Of a stretch of 64,000 nt of DNA, positions 28,733 to 39,345 are shown one piece after another. The notes under the pieces were generated by a model, which had not been told where the DNA came from, searched no databases, and saw nothing but the letters and a program-made list of their open reading frames with translations. Both the position numbers and the translations under genes were made by a program. Position 1 is the stretch's first letter. Each line of letters begins with the position of its first letter. Location: the NCBI GenBank assembly GCA_049966275.1, contig JBMFUY010000001.1, forward strand, positions 4,780 to 68,779, given 5' to 3'. This DNA comes from a bacterium (GTDB lineage Bacteria; JAMCPX01).

Positions 28733-29812
28733 CTACCATTTTGTGATCATTATTACGATTATGGAAACACATAATGTTATTATGTTTGGTAACCATGCTG
28801 AAACTATGCCACTCAGTATACCCGAATTCCCGAGTGACATTGATAGAGCCATTACAATCCAGTAGCTGAATCCTATAGCAAGGGAAAGTCCGAACGCCAG
28901 CATAAAGCCGGATGTTCTTCTTTTCTTTAGAGAAAAAGGAATCACAAGCAATATTACAAATAAAGAGGATAATGGATAAGAAATCTTGGAATTAAGATCA
29001 ACATCATAAGGTGCGTATGTGTAACCTTCATCTTTTAGTTTCTTTATGTAAGCCTTTAGTTCCACGTAATTCATTTCATCAGGAGTTTTTCCTGTATGCT
29101 TTAGATCTGTTAGCATAAATGGTAAGGTCATATCAGTGGATTCAGTAAAATTATACCCTATCTGTTCACCATTTTTGAAATCTCTAATATACACACCCTC
29201 AGCCTTCCATACTCCATTGTCCCATTTCGCATCATTGATATCTGTTCTGCCTATGAGGTCATTGTTATAGAAGCTGTAAACGGTGATATCTTTAACTGTA
29301 TTTAGCCATGGTATAAACAATCCAACTCTGTACAGGTTACTGCCTGATTTGAACCATATATTATTAACTTTAAAATTGTTTGATAGGCTTAATTTTGTGT
29401 GATGGATCTCAGCATCAAGCAGTGCATTTTTTAAATTTGCCTCAGGAACAATGTATTCTCCTAACAAAAAATGTAATATGGATATGATAGCCACTATTAC
29501 AATGGCAGGTTTGACTATGTACATCGGGCTTACGCCGGTTGTTAATAAAGAACCTATTTCGTTGTTTCTTGACATAACAGTATAAACTATAACAACCGTA
29601 AGTAATGCTGCCATTGGGATTGTCTGGTATAAAATGGTTGGCACCTGGGTTGCATAAAACATTACAATTGTATTAATCGCCGGGTGCAAAGATATTACAT
29701 CCTTCAAGCTTTCGAAAATATTAACGATAATATAGAGCCCTGATAGTGCTATGATTGATATTAAGTAAACCTGGAGGAATTCATCTACAATATATCTTGT
29801 TATGATTTTCAT
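28733..29812 (-). CDS. lptG: LPS export ABC permease LptG (YjgP/YjgQ family)
   Basis: 359 aa YjgP/YjgQ-type permease with periplasmic beta-jellyroll insertion. It is the second of two overlapping paralogous genes. Confidence 0.75.
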   Translation of the reverse strand: MKIITRYIVDEFLQVYLISIIALSGLYIIVNIFESLKDVISLHPAINTIVMFYATQVPTILYQTIPMAALLTVVIVYTVMSRNNEIGSLLTTGVSPMYIVKPAIVIVAIISILHFLLGEYIVPEANLKNALLDAEIHHTKLSLSNNFKVNNIWFKSGSNLYRVGLFIPWLNTVKDITVYSFYNNDLIGRTDINDAKWDNGVWKAEGVYIRDFKNGEQIGYNFTESTDMTLPFMLTDLKHTGKTPDEMNYVELKAYIKKLKDEGYTYAPYDVDLNSKISYPLSSLFVILLVIPFSLKKRRTSGFMLAFGLSLAIGFSYWIVMALSMSLGNSGILSGIVSAWLPNIITLCVSIIVIMITKW

Positions 29813-30957
29813 AGGTACTGTTTTATATATGAAATAGGATTGAGGAATCGAAGGTCCTTTTCAAGCGAGACTAAATAAAACAGAACTATAGCTGATAGAA
29901 AAAAGAGCAGGTCCACCAATGATATGGCTATAACAGGATTAAGGATGTTTAGTTTACCAACTGTCTCAGCCCCACTGAGAACTATGTAGTAAAGCAAAAC
30001 AAGTATAACTGCCACAGTGATTCCATAAGCCTTGCCTGACCTTGGTGATTTTATACCAAGCGGTATACCCATTATTGCAAATATGATGACAGTGAATGGG
30101 ATTGCAAAGCGTTCAGCGATATCTGTCAACAAAGAATTATAGTGTTCCTTGTTTGCCTTTAATTCAAAGTATTTATGGATGAGCTCTGGTATGGTCATCT
30201 CAAATGTGGATTTATTATAATAGGACATTGATGGGCTGATCTCATCTTCTGAAAATGATATGTCGTAATGTTTGAAATTTATGATGCGTATTGTATCCGG
30301 GTTCCTGCCAAGTTGTTGAATAGCTCCATTTGATAGAGATAGTGTTATGGTCTTATCAGGTTTGTCAACTATAAACCTGCCCTTTTCTGCTATGATTGTA
30401 TTGGGTAGTTCTGGATCCCTTGTGTCGTAAATAATTACGTGGTCCATTGTTTCCCTGTTATTTGAAAGTTTATCAACGTAAAATATTATATCACTGGTAA
30501 AGGTGTTAAAAGCCTTTTCATTTATGCCCACTGTTGTTTTTGTTATAATAATATTAAAGAATTCGTTTTTTAAGGCTACATTTGCATCAGGTAAAACGTA
30601 AAATGATATAATGCTTGTTATAACATAACATATACCTCCTAACCATAGAGGGACTTTTGAAAGCTTTGACAATTTTATTCCTATTGACTTCATTGCTATT
30701 ATCTCACTATCACTGGACAATCTGTTGAACGCGAGTACAACTGATATGAGCACAGAAATTGGTATTGACAGGGCAAGGATAAATGGGGTCATGTAGAGGA
30801 ATAATAACAAAACCTGTTTAGAGGAAACCCCTTTTGCAATAATAAGATCAAAAAATCTTACCATCCTGCCTATGAGCATCAGCGCACTAACAGCGATAAG
30901 GCTTACTATAAATGGTGATGATATTTCTTTAGCTATATATCTATTTATGATCTTCAC
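29809..30957 (-). CDS. lptF: LPS export ABC permease LptF (YjgP/YjgQ family)
   Basis: 382 aa paralogue immediately upstream, 4-bp overlap with lptG. Confidence 0.75.
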   Translation of the reverse strand: MKIINRYIAKEISSPFIVSLIAVSALMLIGRMVRFFDLIIAKGVSSKQVLLLFLYMTPFILALSIPISVLISVVLAFNRLSSDSEIIAMKSIGIKLSKLSKVPLWLGGICYVITSIISFYVLPDANVALKNEFFNIIITKTTVGINEKAFNTFTSDIIFYVDKLSNNRETMDHVIIYDTRDPELPNTIIAEKGRFIVDKPDKTITLSLSNGAIQQLGRNPDTIRIINFKHYDISFSEDEISPSMSYYNKSTFEMTIPELIHKYFELKANKEHYNSLLTDIAERFAIPFTVIIFAIMGIPLGIKSPRSGKAYGITVAVILVLLYYIVLSGAETVGKLNILNPVIAISLVDLLFFLSAIVLFYLVSLEKDLRFLNPISYIKQYL

Positions 30958-30974
30958 ATGTAAAATGCGTGTAA

Positions 30975-31529
30975 CTAAACTTTCGGGATTGTTATTCCAA
31001 GTTGTCCCTGATATTTGCCTTTTCTGTCTCCATAAGAAACTTCACAGATCTGGTCACTCTCAAAAAATAGTATTTGAGCAATTCCTTCGTTTGCATAGAT
31101 CTTTGCAGGTAAGGGGGTTGTGTTTGATATTTCCAGCGTTATGAAGCCCTCCCACTCTGGTTCAAGTGGTGTTACATTGGTTATAATACCACACCGTGCG
31201 TATGTAGATTTCCCAACGCATATTGTCATTATATTCCTTGGTACCCTGAAGTACTCAACAGATCTGCCAAGTGCAAACGAATTGGGAGGAATGATACATA
31301 CATCGCCTTTAAAATCCACAAAGGACCTTGTATCAAACCCCTTGGGATCTACAATGGCTGTATTTATGTTTGTAAAGATCTTGAACTCGTCAGCTATCCT
31401 TATATCGTATCCATATGAAGAAAGCCCATAAGAAATCACACCTCTGGAAACCTGTTTTTCTGCAAATGGTTCTATCATCTTGTGCTTGATCGCCATTTCT
31501 CTTATCCATCTGTCAGCCTTTATTGTCAT
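30975..31529 (-). CDS. dcd: dCTP deaminase
   Basis: 184 aa; [13 protein letters not shown]… N-terminus and dUTPase-like fold are typical of Dcd. Confidence 0.88.
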   Translation of the reverse strand: MTIKADRWIREMAIKHKMIEPFAEKQVSRGVISYGLSSYGYDIRIADEFKIFTNINTAIVDPKGFDTRSFVDFKGDVCIIPPNSFALGRSVEYFRVPRNIMTICVGKSTYARCGIITNVTPLEPEWEGFITLEISNTTPLPAKIYANEGIAQILFFESDQICEVSYGDRKGKYQGQLGITIPKV

Positions 31530-31574
31530 ATATCATCTCCTTTTATTGAATTTAATGTCCAATCAGCATGTTTT

Positions 31575-32153
31575 TTATTTAGATTGTTTTTTTATCCATT
31601 CTACTGCGTCAAGTATGTCTTTTGCAACATATAAAGGAGTATGCCTGGGTGAATTTATCTTTTTAACCTCCTCTTCTCCATAACCTGTTAACAATAAAAT
31701 TCCTCTGCCACCAAAGTTGTACGCCAATTCTATATCTGTGAGCTTGTCCCCTATCATATAGGCACCTTTTGCGTTAATGTTTAATTCTCTTTCAGCTCGT
31801 TTGATCATACCAATCTTTGGCTTTCTACACTCACAATCCTTTTTGTATTCAGGGATTACTGCTTCAGGATGGTGAGGACAATAGTATAGTCCATCAATAA
31901 AAATATTCTCCTGTAGTAACATTGAAAGAAGGGCTTTATTGATCTCAACAAGCGTTGCCTCTGTTAATAGCCCTTTTGCAACCCCTGCCTGGTTGGAGAC
32001 AATAACAAGTTTATAACCCAATTCCTTTAAAATCTTTAAAGCAGTGATCGTTTCTTTATAAAGGTGTAGTTGCTCTATCTTTGTAATGTAGCCATCCTCT
32101 ACATTGATAGTACCATCTCTGTCTAAAAAGATTACATTGTTCTGGACTGTCAT
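31575..32153 (-). CDS. gmhB: HAD-IIIA phosphatase, D-glycero-D-manno-heptose-1,7-bisphosphate phosphatase-like
   Basis: 192 aa; DRDGTIN motif I, SNQ motif; C-x-H-x-n-C-x-C zinc site typical of GmhB/HisB-N. Confidence 0.75.
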   Translation of the reverse strand: MTVQNNVIFLDRDGTINVEDGYITKIEQLHLYKETITALKILKELGYKLVIVSNQAGVAKGLLTEATLVEINKALLSMLLQENIFIDGLYYCPHHPEAVIPEYKKDCECRKPKIGMIKRAERELNINAKGAYMIGDKLTDIELAYNFGGRGILLLTGYGEEEVKKINSPRHTPLYVAKDILDAVEWIKKQSK

Positions 32154-32156
32154 GTT

Positions 32157-34769
32157 TTAATCTGGCATCAACACAAGCGTTGCAAACCTATCTGGTATTA
32201 AATATTTCTTTATAACTCTATTTACCTCTGTTCTTGTCACACGCTTTATAAAACCAGGAAACCTGTTGTAATAATCAATGCTTCTATCAAACAATTCGTT
32301 GTAAGCTAACATACTTGATACACTGATTGCAGTTTGCTTGCGGCGGTCATAGTCTGAAAGCACATATCTCTTACTGTTTTCCAGCTCCACATCATTTATA
32401 CCTTTATCATAAAGTTTTTTTATTTCACTGGCTATAACTTCAAGAGAGATATCCACCTTTTCAGGAGACGTTGCTGTGTATATACCAAACCAGCCTTTGT
32501 TATTGAACTTTGCCTCGCCAATTGTTTGAACAGCATAACATATACCACGTTTATCCCTTAATTCAACAAACATTCTACCACTCTGTCCGCCAAGTATTTG
32601 ATCAATGAGCATAAGTGCAAACCTATCCTCATGATTAATCGGGATAGTAAGTGTACCTGTTATTATGTGTGCCTGATTTTTCTCCATTTTATATTTTTCT
32701 GTTCTTATTATGTTTTGAGGCATCTTAATTTTATAAGATGGAGGCATGTAGATCTTACCAGTCTTTATTGTGAAAAGATACCGCGCAAGTTTATTTATAA
32801 TTTCAGTTTTATTCATATCCCCAACAACAGATATTACACCATTTTTACCTACAACAAACCTGTTGTATGCTTCTATAAGATCATCCCTCTCAATCTTTTT
32901 AAGGGTAGATTCATTACCCTTTTCAGACAAACTTAAAGGCGTGCCTCCATAGATAAGCTTTAAGAAGGCATTCTTTGCCTGTAGTCCTATATTATCTTTA
33001 TCCATTTTTATATCAGCAATAATATCCTTTTTTACCTGTTTAATCTCATCAGTATCAAAGGTTGAATTTAACAGCATATCAGCAAACAAACTTAACCCAT
33101 CGTCCGTGTACCTGTTCAGAAATTCGCCTGTAATGCCAAAGGATTGCTTGGTTCTTACGCATGAAAAAATACCGGATATATTATCGCTCTCTCTTTCTAT
33201 GTCGCTTTCTTTTCTATAATGAGTTCCCTTTTTAAGCATCATGGACATAATCTTTATAAGCCCGGTTTTTTCAGAGGGTTCTTCTGCGACATCACCAAGG
33301 AATAAGGCTGAGAAAGCAATTATTGGAATGGTATGTTTTTCCTTCAATATAACACGCAAGCCGTTCTCAAACTTTGCTATTGTAATATCGCCAGCATTGC
33401 TCAATTGATAATCAATCCCTTTAATTGAAGGATGTATTATGGTATTTATATGTCGTGGTTTAGAGGTGGTGTTTTTAGGCAGTATACTTACTACGTTGAG
33501 CCTTTTTGGGTCAAAGTACCTGTTTATTACATTGCTTATCATTTCCAGATTAACGCGATCCACATTTCTGGTATAATCCATTATATAGTTAACACCACCC
33601 ATTTCTACAACTGCCTCTCCGATCTTCATTGCACGCTGCTTTACTGTTTCAAGCTCATAAATGAACATACTCTTAAGCATCTGTTTTGCCCGGGCTATTT
33701 CCTCATGCGTTGGCAATTGTATGCCGGTATCAACTATCACATCCATGATATTGTTGAGAGCATCCTTTAATTTGTTGGGTTCTGTGGTTCCGCTTATACT
33801 GAAAAAGCCTGTATATCTGTTAGCAGAATGAGAAACTGTCAGGCTATCAACCAGTCTATTCTCATTTTTTACTATACGCGGTAACCTTGAGGTGTCATTG
33901 CCTCCAAGGATATAGGATAACACCTCGAGCGCAAAGCTTTCCTCACTTGTTACTGGTGGTGTTAAGAACCCCAATGCATAGTAGGTGTCTTTTACATCCA
34001 TATTCTTTACAAGATTCCTCTGTGCTTTTTGATCTGGCTGTTTTGGTCTTATATGCTTTATAACACCATCTGATTTCATTGCTCCAAACGCCTTATAAAT
34101 GCCCTGTTCAACCTGCTGTTCTGGAATATCGCCTGCAATTACGATATTCATATTAGATGGGGTGTACCATCTTTTATAGTACGTAAAAATGTGATTTCTA
34201 TTGAGTGTTCTTACAGTATTCTCGTATCCTATTATGGGTCTGCCATACGGGTGTCCTTTGTATGCGAGCGAATAAAGGTTAATAAATAGGTTTTGATATG
34301 TATCGTCCTTTCCTCTCTTTATCTCATCAAGTACAACCTGCTTTTCTCTTTTCAACTCATCCTCATCAAATGACGGATTGATAATAGTCTGGGCAAGCAC
34401 TTCTATAGCCCTGTTAAAATAGATATTTTTGATAGTTATATAGAACACTGTTTCTTCGAACGAGGTAAATGCATTTATATAACCTCCAAGTGACTCAATC
34501 TCTTTTGCTATTACAGCTATCTTTTTGTTGGCAGAGCCCTTGAAAAACATGTGTTCTATAAGATGAGATATACCAGCCCATCTTGGTGGCTCGTCTGCAC
34601 TTCCTGTATTTATCCATGCCTGGATAGAAACAAGGGGTGTGTCAGGAACATGATCATAAAAAACCTTTAACCCATTGGGCAGGGTAAAAGCCTTTATTGT
34701 AGGATATTTATCGCTTCCTATGGTAAAATCATCAACCTTTAATGTGTATAACTTTGTATATAATCTCAT
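32157..34769 (-). CDS. Zinc-dependent peptidase, M16 family, two tandem M16 units (pitrilysin-like)
   Basis: 870 aa; inverted zinc motif HxxEH (HLIEHMFFKG) in the first half and a second M16-like half. Confidence 0.85.
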   Translation of the reverse strand: MRLYTKLYTLKVDDFTIGSDKYPTIKAFTLPNGLKVFYDHVPDTPLVSIQAWINTGSADEPPRWAGISHLIEHMFFKGSANKKIAVIAKEIESLGGYINAFTSFEETVFYITIKNIYFNRAIEVLAQTIINPSFDEDELKREKQVVLDEIKRGKDDTYQNLFINLYSLAYKGHPYGRPIIGYENTVRTLNRNHIFTYYKRWYTPSNMNIVIAGDIPEQQVEQGIYKAFGAMKSDGVIKHIRPKQPDQKAQRNLVKNMDVKDTYYALGFLTPPVTSEESFALEVLSYILGGNDTSRLPRIVKNENRLVDSLTVSHSANRYTGFFSISGTTEPNKLKDALNNIMDVIVDTGIQLPTHEEIARAKQMLKSMFIYELETVKQRAMKIGEAVVEMGGVNYIMDYTRNVDRVNLEMISNVINRYFDPKRLNVVSILPKNTTSKPRHINTIIHPSIKGIDYQLSNAGDITIAKFENGLRVILKEKHTIPIIAFSALFLGDVAEEPSEKTGLIKIMSMMLKKGTHYRKESDIERESDNISGIFSCVRTKQSFGITGEFLNRYTDDGLSLFADMLLNSTFDTDEIKQVKKDIIADIKMDKDNIGLQAKNAFLKLIYGGTPLSLSEKGNESTLKKIERDDLIEAYNRFVVGKNGVISVVGDMNKTEIINKLARYLFTIKTGKIYMPPSYKIKMPQNIIRTEKYKMEKNQAHIITGTLTIPINHEDRFALMLIDQILGGQSGRMFVELRDKRGICYAVQTIGEAKFNNKGWFGIYTATSPEKVDISLEVIASEIKKLYDKGINDVELENSKRYVLSDYDRRKQTAISVSSMLAYNELFDRSIDYYNRFPGFIKRVTRTEVNRVIKKYLIPDRFATLVLMPD

Positions 34770-34810
34770 TATACCTCCTGAGTCGCATATCTGTTATAAG
34801 GAAATATGTG

Positions 34811-34833
34811 CAGTTGACATGATAAGTCAACTG
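34811..34833. promoter_or_regulatory. Perfect 8-bp inverted repeat (candidate operator) in the M16 peptidase promoter region
   Basis: CAGTTGAC-atgataa-GTCAACTG lies ~45-65 nt upstream of the M16 start and overlaps a TTGACT -35-like hexamer on the gene strand. Confidence 0.3.
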
Positions 34834-34898
34834 TTTGTAACATAAAAACTGATTTGTTTTATATTTCAAGTAGTTAGTGTATATCTCAATATTGGATA

Positions 34899-35429
34899 TT
34901 AAACTTTGTTAAGCATTTCAATAAGTATGGTAATGGCTGTAATGGTTGTTTGTTTTCTGTTACCATCTCTATCATGTTGAAAAACAAATCTTTTTACCTG
35001 TATGTCCTTTTTGTTCGCAACTGCAATATAAACAAGTCCAACGGGCTTTTCAGGTGTACCACCATCTGGCCCGGCTATACCTGTTACTGCTATTGCACAA
35101 TCTGTTTTCATTAATCGCTGAACACCTTTTAACATTGCCAGAGCAACCTCTTGAGAGACAGCCCCATACCTGTTGAGTAATGCTTTGTCTACATGTAATA
35201 TCCTGTTTTTTATATCATTTGAATAACTTACAACACCTCCTGCAAAGTATCTTGAACTCCCGGGGATATCAGTTATAACCTTTGAGATCATACCTCCTGT
35301 GCATGATTCTGCTGTTGAAAGGGTCTTTTTTTGTTCCATTAGTAGTTTGCCCAATCTTTTCGAAAGTAGTTTAAGATTTTTTATCTTTGATAAGCCATTT
35401 GTAATATCAGTATTTTTATAGGTTTTCAT
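34899..35429 (-). CDS. CinA C-terminal domain protein (nicotinamide-nucleotide amidase PncC-like)
   Basis: 176 aa; LSTAESCTGGMIS…GAVSQEVALAMLKGV matches the CinA_C family. Confidence 0.85.
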   Translation of the reverse strand: MKTYKNTDITNGLSKIKNLKLLSKRLGKLLMEQKKTLSTAESCTGGMISKVITDIPGSSRYFAGGVVSYSNDIKNRILHVDKALLNRYGAVSQEVALAMLKGVQRLMKTDCAIAVTGIAGPDGGTPEKPVGLVYIAVANKKDIQVKRFVFQHDRDGNRKQTTITAITILIEMLNKV

Positions 35430-35820
35430 CTACCTTACTCCTTAATGCCTTTTTAATAGAGGTATGTTTTTTCTCCTGCAAAATCTTTTCTTTAGCCCTT
35501 CTGGATCGCTTTCTTTTCTGACGCTTTATTCTTTCTATCTCCTGTTGTATGCGACTTTTCTCACCCAGCATCATCTGTTCAATCTTATCAACCAATAGCC
35601 TTCTTGCAAGAAACCTGTTTAAGGCCTGGGATCTTTCCCTTTGCATTTTTACCTCTATACCGGTAGGTTTATGTTTAAGATACACACATGTTGAGGTTTT
35701 GTTAACGTTCTGTCCACCGTGTCCCTGAGAGCGAAGGAATTTTTCTATAATATCCTGTTCTTTAATACCAAGACGTTCCATTCTTTCTAACAATTCTTTT
35801 TGTTTGCTTTCTTTTATCAT
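35416..35820 (-). CDS. arfB: Peptidyl-tRNA hydrolase domain protein, ArfB-like alternative ribosome rescue factor
   Basis: 134 aa; GGQ motif (SQGHGGQNVNKTSTCV) and basic C-terminal tail. Confidence 0.8.
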   Translation of the reverse strand: MIKESKQKELLERMERLGIKEQDIIEKFLRSQGHGGQNVNKTSTCVYLKHKPTGIEVKMQRERSQALNRFLARRLLVDKIEQMMLGEKSRIQQEIERIKRQKRKRSRRAKEKILQEKKHTSIKKALRSKVDENL

Positions 35821-35838
35821 AAAGTTAATTCTGGTTAT

Positions 35839-36219
35839 TTATTGTTTGAACAATGGTGAGGATATTAAATAATCCGCGGTTGATCTGTTGCATGCCATGG
35901 GGATATTGTGAAGCACTGCGAGCCTTAACAATGCCTTTACATCAACGTCATGTGGCTGTGGGGTTAAGGGATCCCATAAAAAGATCAGTATATCTATTTT
36001 CCCTTCTGCTATCATAGCACCTGTTTGAGCGTCACCTCCAAGTGGTCCACTGAGTAAGAGGTTTATCTCTAAGTTTGTATGCTTTTTTATTTCTGTACCT
36101 GTGGATCTGGTGGCGTATAATGTATAATTTTTAAGAGTACCTTCGTTGTATTTTACCCATTCAACAAGATCAAGCTTTTTTGCATCATGAGCTACAAGGG
36201 CAATCACCTTATTCTTCAT
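35839..36219 (-). CDS. mgsA: Methylglyoxal synthase
   Basis: 126 aa; MKNKVIALVAHDAKK… and GPLGGD motif. Confidence 0.88.
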   Translation of the reverse strand: MKNKVIALVAHDAKKLDLVEWVKYNEGTLKNYTLYATRSTGTEIKKHTNLEINLLLSGPLGGDAQTGAMIAEGKIDILIFLWDPLTPQPHDVDVKALLRLAVLHNIPMACNRSTADYLISSPLFKQ

Positions 36220-36269
36220 ATAAACACCTTCCTTTTTATATTACAGTATGGGCGAATAATCATTCGTCC

Positions 36270-37676
36270 CTACTTACCTATGCAAAATTCAGAGAAGATC
36301 TTATCCAGAATATCCTGAGATGTTATCTCGCCTGTTAATTCCCCTAATTCAGCAATTGCACCATCAACCTCCTCTGCTATGATCTCTGGAAAAGCCTGTT
36401 GATCAATAAGCTCCATAGCCTTGCGTAAAGAAACTTCTATGCGTTCAAGAGCCTGCTTATGTCTATACCTGTTTATCACAGGTGTATTTTCAATAGAGGG
36501 TATGCGTTGGGGTTCTGTAATACCCTGTTTTAAATACTCAATCCCTTCCTGTGTTTTTGCGGATACATGGAATACAGAAAAGGCTTTAAACATGGTCTTT
36601 GCACGTTCTAAATCAGATGAAGATGCTATATCTATCTTATTTATCGCTATAATCACACGCTCCCTGTATTTATCAGCCAGTGACAACTCACTATCAAAAT
36701 CTTCTCCTGTGGTTGGATCAACAACAATAACAATCATATCTGTTTTATCAATGAGACTTTTTGTCATCTCTATGCCAATCTTTTCTATAGGTTCATCACT
36801 GCTCCTTATACCAGCAGTATCTGCAAACACAAGTTTTATGCCTTTATATTCTATGGCTTCTTCTATATAGTCTCTTGTTGTACCTGGATGAGGTGTTACA
36901 ATAGCCCTGTTTTCACCTATAATTGCATTGAACAGGCTTGATTTCCCAACATTGGGCTTACCCACCAATGCAATATGGATCCCATCCTTTATGATCTTTG
37001 CATGATCATAGGTTTTTAATACATGGATGACCTCATCATGGGTTGCCTGAAGTATAAGCTTCAAATCATCCCATTGTTTTGGTGACACATCGTCTTCCGG
37101 GAAATCTATCATGACCTCTATATGTGTTTTTACCTCTATGAGTTTTTCCCTTATTGAACCAACAAATCGTGACAATAGCCCTGTAATCTGATTGATCGCC
37201 TGCTTTCGTGCAATGTCAGTATCTGCCTTTACAAGGTCCAGCACAGCCTCTGCCTGAAGCAGGTCCATCTTGCCGTTTAAGAATGCCCGTCTTGTAAACT
37301 CTCCTCTTTCTGCCAATCTTGCACCTGCTTTTATTACCCTCTGTAAAACAGCGTGCACAGTATTTGAGCCTCCATGCGTGTATATCTCAAGCATATCCTC
37401 ACCTGTGTATGTTTTATCTGCCTTCATAAAAGCTATCATGACCTGATCTATGATGTTATTTGACTCATCTATAATAGCTCCATAGTATAGCCTGTGGCTT
37501 TGATACTGGTGCCTGGGTTTTGCTGGTAAAAAAACATCTCTCAGGATTCTATACACATGATTACCACTCAACCTTACAATACCTATCGCGCCCTCTCCTG
37601 GAGGTGTACTAATAGCTGCTATGGTATCATTGTCATTTTTTAGATCCTTTTTCATATTCTCTGTATCTCTGAACAA
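36270..37676 (-). CDS. mnmE: tRNA modification GTPase MnmE
   Basis: 468 aa; G-domain GKPNVGKSSLFNAI, DTAGIR, C-terminal CIGK motif. The true start may be a few codons inside. Confidence 0.92.
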   Translation of the reverse strand: MFRDTENMKKDLKNDNDTIAAISTPPGEGAIGIVRLSGNHVYRILRDVFLPAKPRHQYQSHRLYYGAIIDESNNIIDQVMIAFMKADKTYTGEDMLEIYTHGGSNTVHAVLQRVIKAGARLAERGEFTRRAFLNGKMDLLQAEAVLDLVKADTDIARKQAINQITGLLSRFVGSIREKLIEVKTHIEVMIDFPEDDVSPKQWDDLKLILQATHDEVIHVLKTYDHAKIIKDGIHIALVGKPNVGKSSLFNAIIGENRAIVTPHPGTTRDYIEEAIEYKGIKLVFADTAGIRSSDEPIEKIGIEMTKSLIDKTDMIVIVVDPTTGEDFDSELSLADKYRERVIIAINKIDIASSSDLERAKTMFKAFSVFHVSAKTQEGIEYLKQGITEPQRIPSIENTPVINRYRHKQALERIEVSLRKAMELIDQQAFPEIIAEEVDGAIAELGELTGEITSQDILDKIFSEFCIGK

Positions 37677-37705
37677 GTACGAATAAAACTATTTAGAACT
37701 GTAGT

Positions 37706-37808
37706 TTAACCCGAAAAATGCAATAGGAAAGTTTGCTCATTCGTTCGGGGTACCCCATCACTCATTACACAAACTTCCCTATTTCGCAAATGCATTTTTT
37801 TGGGTTAA
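37706..37808 (+). mobile_element. MITE-like element, short (103-bp) near-palindromic core form, copy 3
   Basis: TTAACCCGAAAAATGCAATAGGAAAGTTTGCTCATTCGTTCGGGGTACCCCATCACTCATTACACAAACTTCCCTATTTCGCAAATGCATTTTTTTGGGTTAA; the two halves are imperfect inverted repeats. Confidence 0.8.
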
Positions 37809-37871
37809 TATAGAATTTACACACTATCATACCTGTGTCAACAGCAATACAATGGTTGCTATGTAGGGGGT

Positions 37872-39341
37872 TTATGGGTATGAGGCAAGCGCGAGTTGCC
37901 AGTGGGTTCCATCAAAGTACGAAAAATAAAGGAATATGTTATTTAAAATGAACATAGGTGATTGCACCCCATTGCTATACGTAAGTTTTGGATTTGAATA
38001 AGATTTAAGCCAGGTTACACCATCAGTGGATGTTGCGTAATTTATAGTAAAATTGCCTGAAGAGTTGATACCAGTATAGTACATTTTGTAAACCTTCTGG
38101 TCTTTTGAAACAGTTGATTGATATGCTCCATCAGCATCAGTGCCGGTTCCTGACACATCAAGTATCACTGCCTCAACCCCATTTTTTGTGTACTTTGCCC
38201 AGTTTATACCATCGGATGATGTTGCATATCCAATGCGCCAGGTTGTACCATCGTATCCTGAGAACCACATCTTGTATATGCCATTATCCTTTATAACGCA
38301 TGGGAAGGCAACCCCTAAATAATCCCATGTGCCTGTTGTACCGGTGTTTAATACAGGTGTACTGTTTACTGTCCAGGTGATCCCATTTGCAGAGCTGGCA
38401 TATCCGATACGTATAAAGTGTCCATCGTATCCTGTAAACCATACCTTGAACATGCCATTATCATACATAAAACTTGAACCGGAAATATCCGTAGCATAAA
38501 ATGTAGTTGGACTTATACTTAAAACAGGGTTACCCGCATACTTTGTCCATGTTTTAGCATCCTGTGATGTTGCAAGTCCTATATTCCATGTGGAGCCGTT
38601 ATTACCGGAGTATAGCATATAAAATGTACCTTTTACATTTATCACAGAAGGGAAAGCCACGCCAGTATTGTCCCAGCCAGAGCCTGAAATACTCAGGATC
38701 GGTGAATTGTTAATCCGCCATGGAATAGAAAGTACATTTATGCCAACGGATGAAGTTGCCTGCGGTGCGGTTGCATCTGAAAACGTTATGCTTGCAGGTC
38801 CTTCCCTATTTAACCATGCACTGAATGTAGCAGTACCATTGGAAAAGTTTGATATGGATGTGGGTGTAATATCGCCCCAGCTTGAGTGTAATAAGAGTGT
38901 TCCACTGTATGTTTGAAGTATTGCATTATCAAGCATTGCAGATACTGTTATAGAAAATGGCTGATCCTCAATTGTTGTAAAAGGTGTTGATGCAGAGAAG
39001 GAGGTTGCGAGTAAATGAAGTACCATGGGCAATGCCTTGACAGTTTGTCCTGCAATAACAGTAATATGCTGAGAACTTGATGCATATCCGGCTCTGGTGG
39101 CATTAAGTGTATAAGTGCCCGCGGGTATACCGGTTAATATATAATTTCCCTGTGTATCTGTGTAAGCTATAATAGAGGTACCACTTACATAAACGAGTAT
39201 ATTTTGAGGGGATGTCTGGTCGTTTAATATAACAGTGCCTGATATACTTCCGGTAGAAGGATTGGTTGAAGAACCACCACATCCAGCCTGGATGATGGTT
39301 AATAATAAGAATGCAAAAGCTAAAACCAGGTATTGCCTCAT
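37872..39341 (-). CDS. Secreted protein: N-terminal carboxypeptidase-regulatory/Ig-like domain plus five-bladed beta-propeller glycoside-hydrolase-like domain (GH43/GH32/GH130 superfamily-like)
   Basis: Signal peptide. Repeated blades of the type W(D/N)..GVAFP.VI…Y(K)M(W/Y)(F/Y)(S/T)G(Y)DG..W(R)IG(Y/L)ATS.DG..W. Confidence 0.6.
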   Translation of the reverse strand: MRQYLVLAFAFLLLTIIQAGCGGSSTNPSTGSISGTVILNDQTSPQNILVYVSGTSIIAYTDTQGNYILTGIPAGTYTLNATRAGYASSSQHITVIAGQTVKALPMVLHLLATSFSASTPFTTIEDQPFSITVSAMLDNAILQTYSGTLLLHSSWGDITPTSISNFSNGTATFSAWLNREGPASITFSDATAPQATSSVGINVLSIPWRINNSPILSISGSGWDNTGVAFPSVINVKGTFYMLYSGNNGSTWNIGLATSQDAKTWTKYAGNPVLSISPTTFYATDISGSSFMYDNGMFKVWFTGYDGHFIRIGYASSANGITWTVNSTPVLNTGTTGTWDYLGVAFPCVIKDNGIYKMWFSGYDGTTWRIGYATSSDGINWAKYTKNGVEAVILDVSGTGTDADGAYQSTVSKDQKVYKMYYTGINSSGNFTINYATSTDGVTWLKSYSNPKLTYSNGVQSPMFILNNIFLYFSYFDGTHWQLALASYP

Positions 39342-39345
39342 CCTT

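Noticed and set aside
34741-34770. Apparent 1-nt discrepancy between my manual count of the M16 peptidase start (ATG complement at 34768-34770, with an extra T near 34737) and the ORF track (end 34769)
   Set aside because: I cannot resolve it without tools, and it is most likely a transcription or counting slip on my side. I kept the track coordinates for CDSs and flag that hand-derived non-CDS coordinates may be off by ±1.
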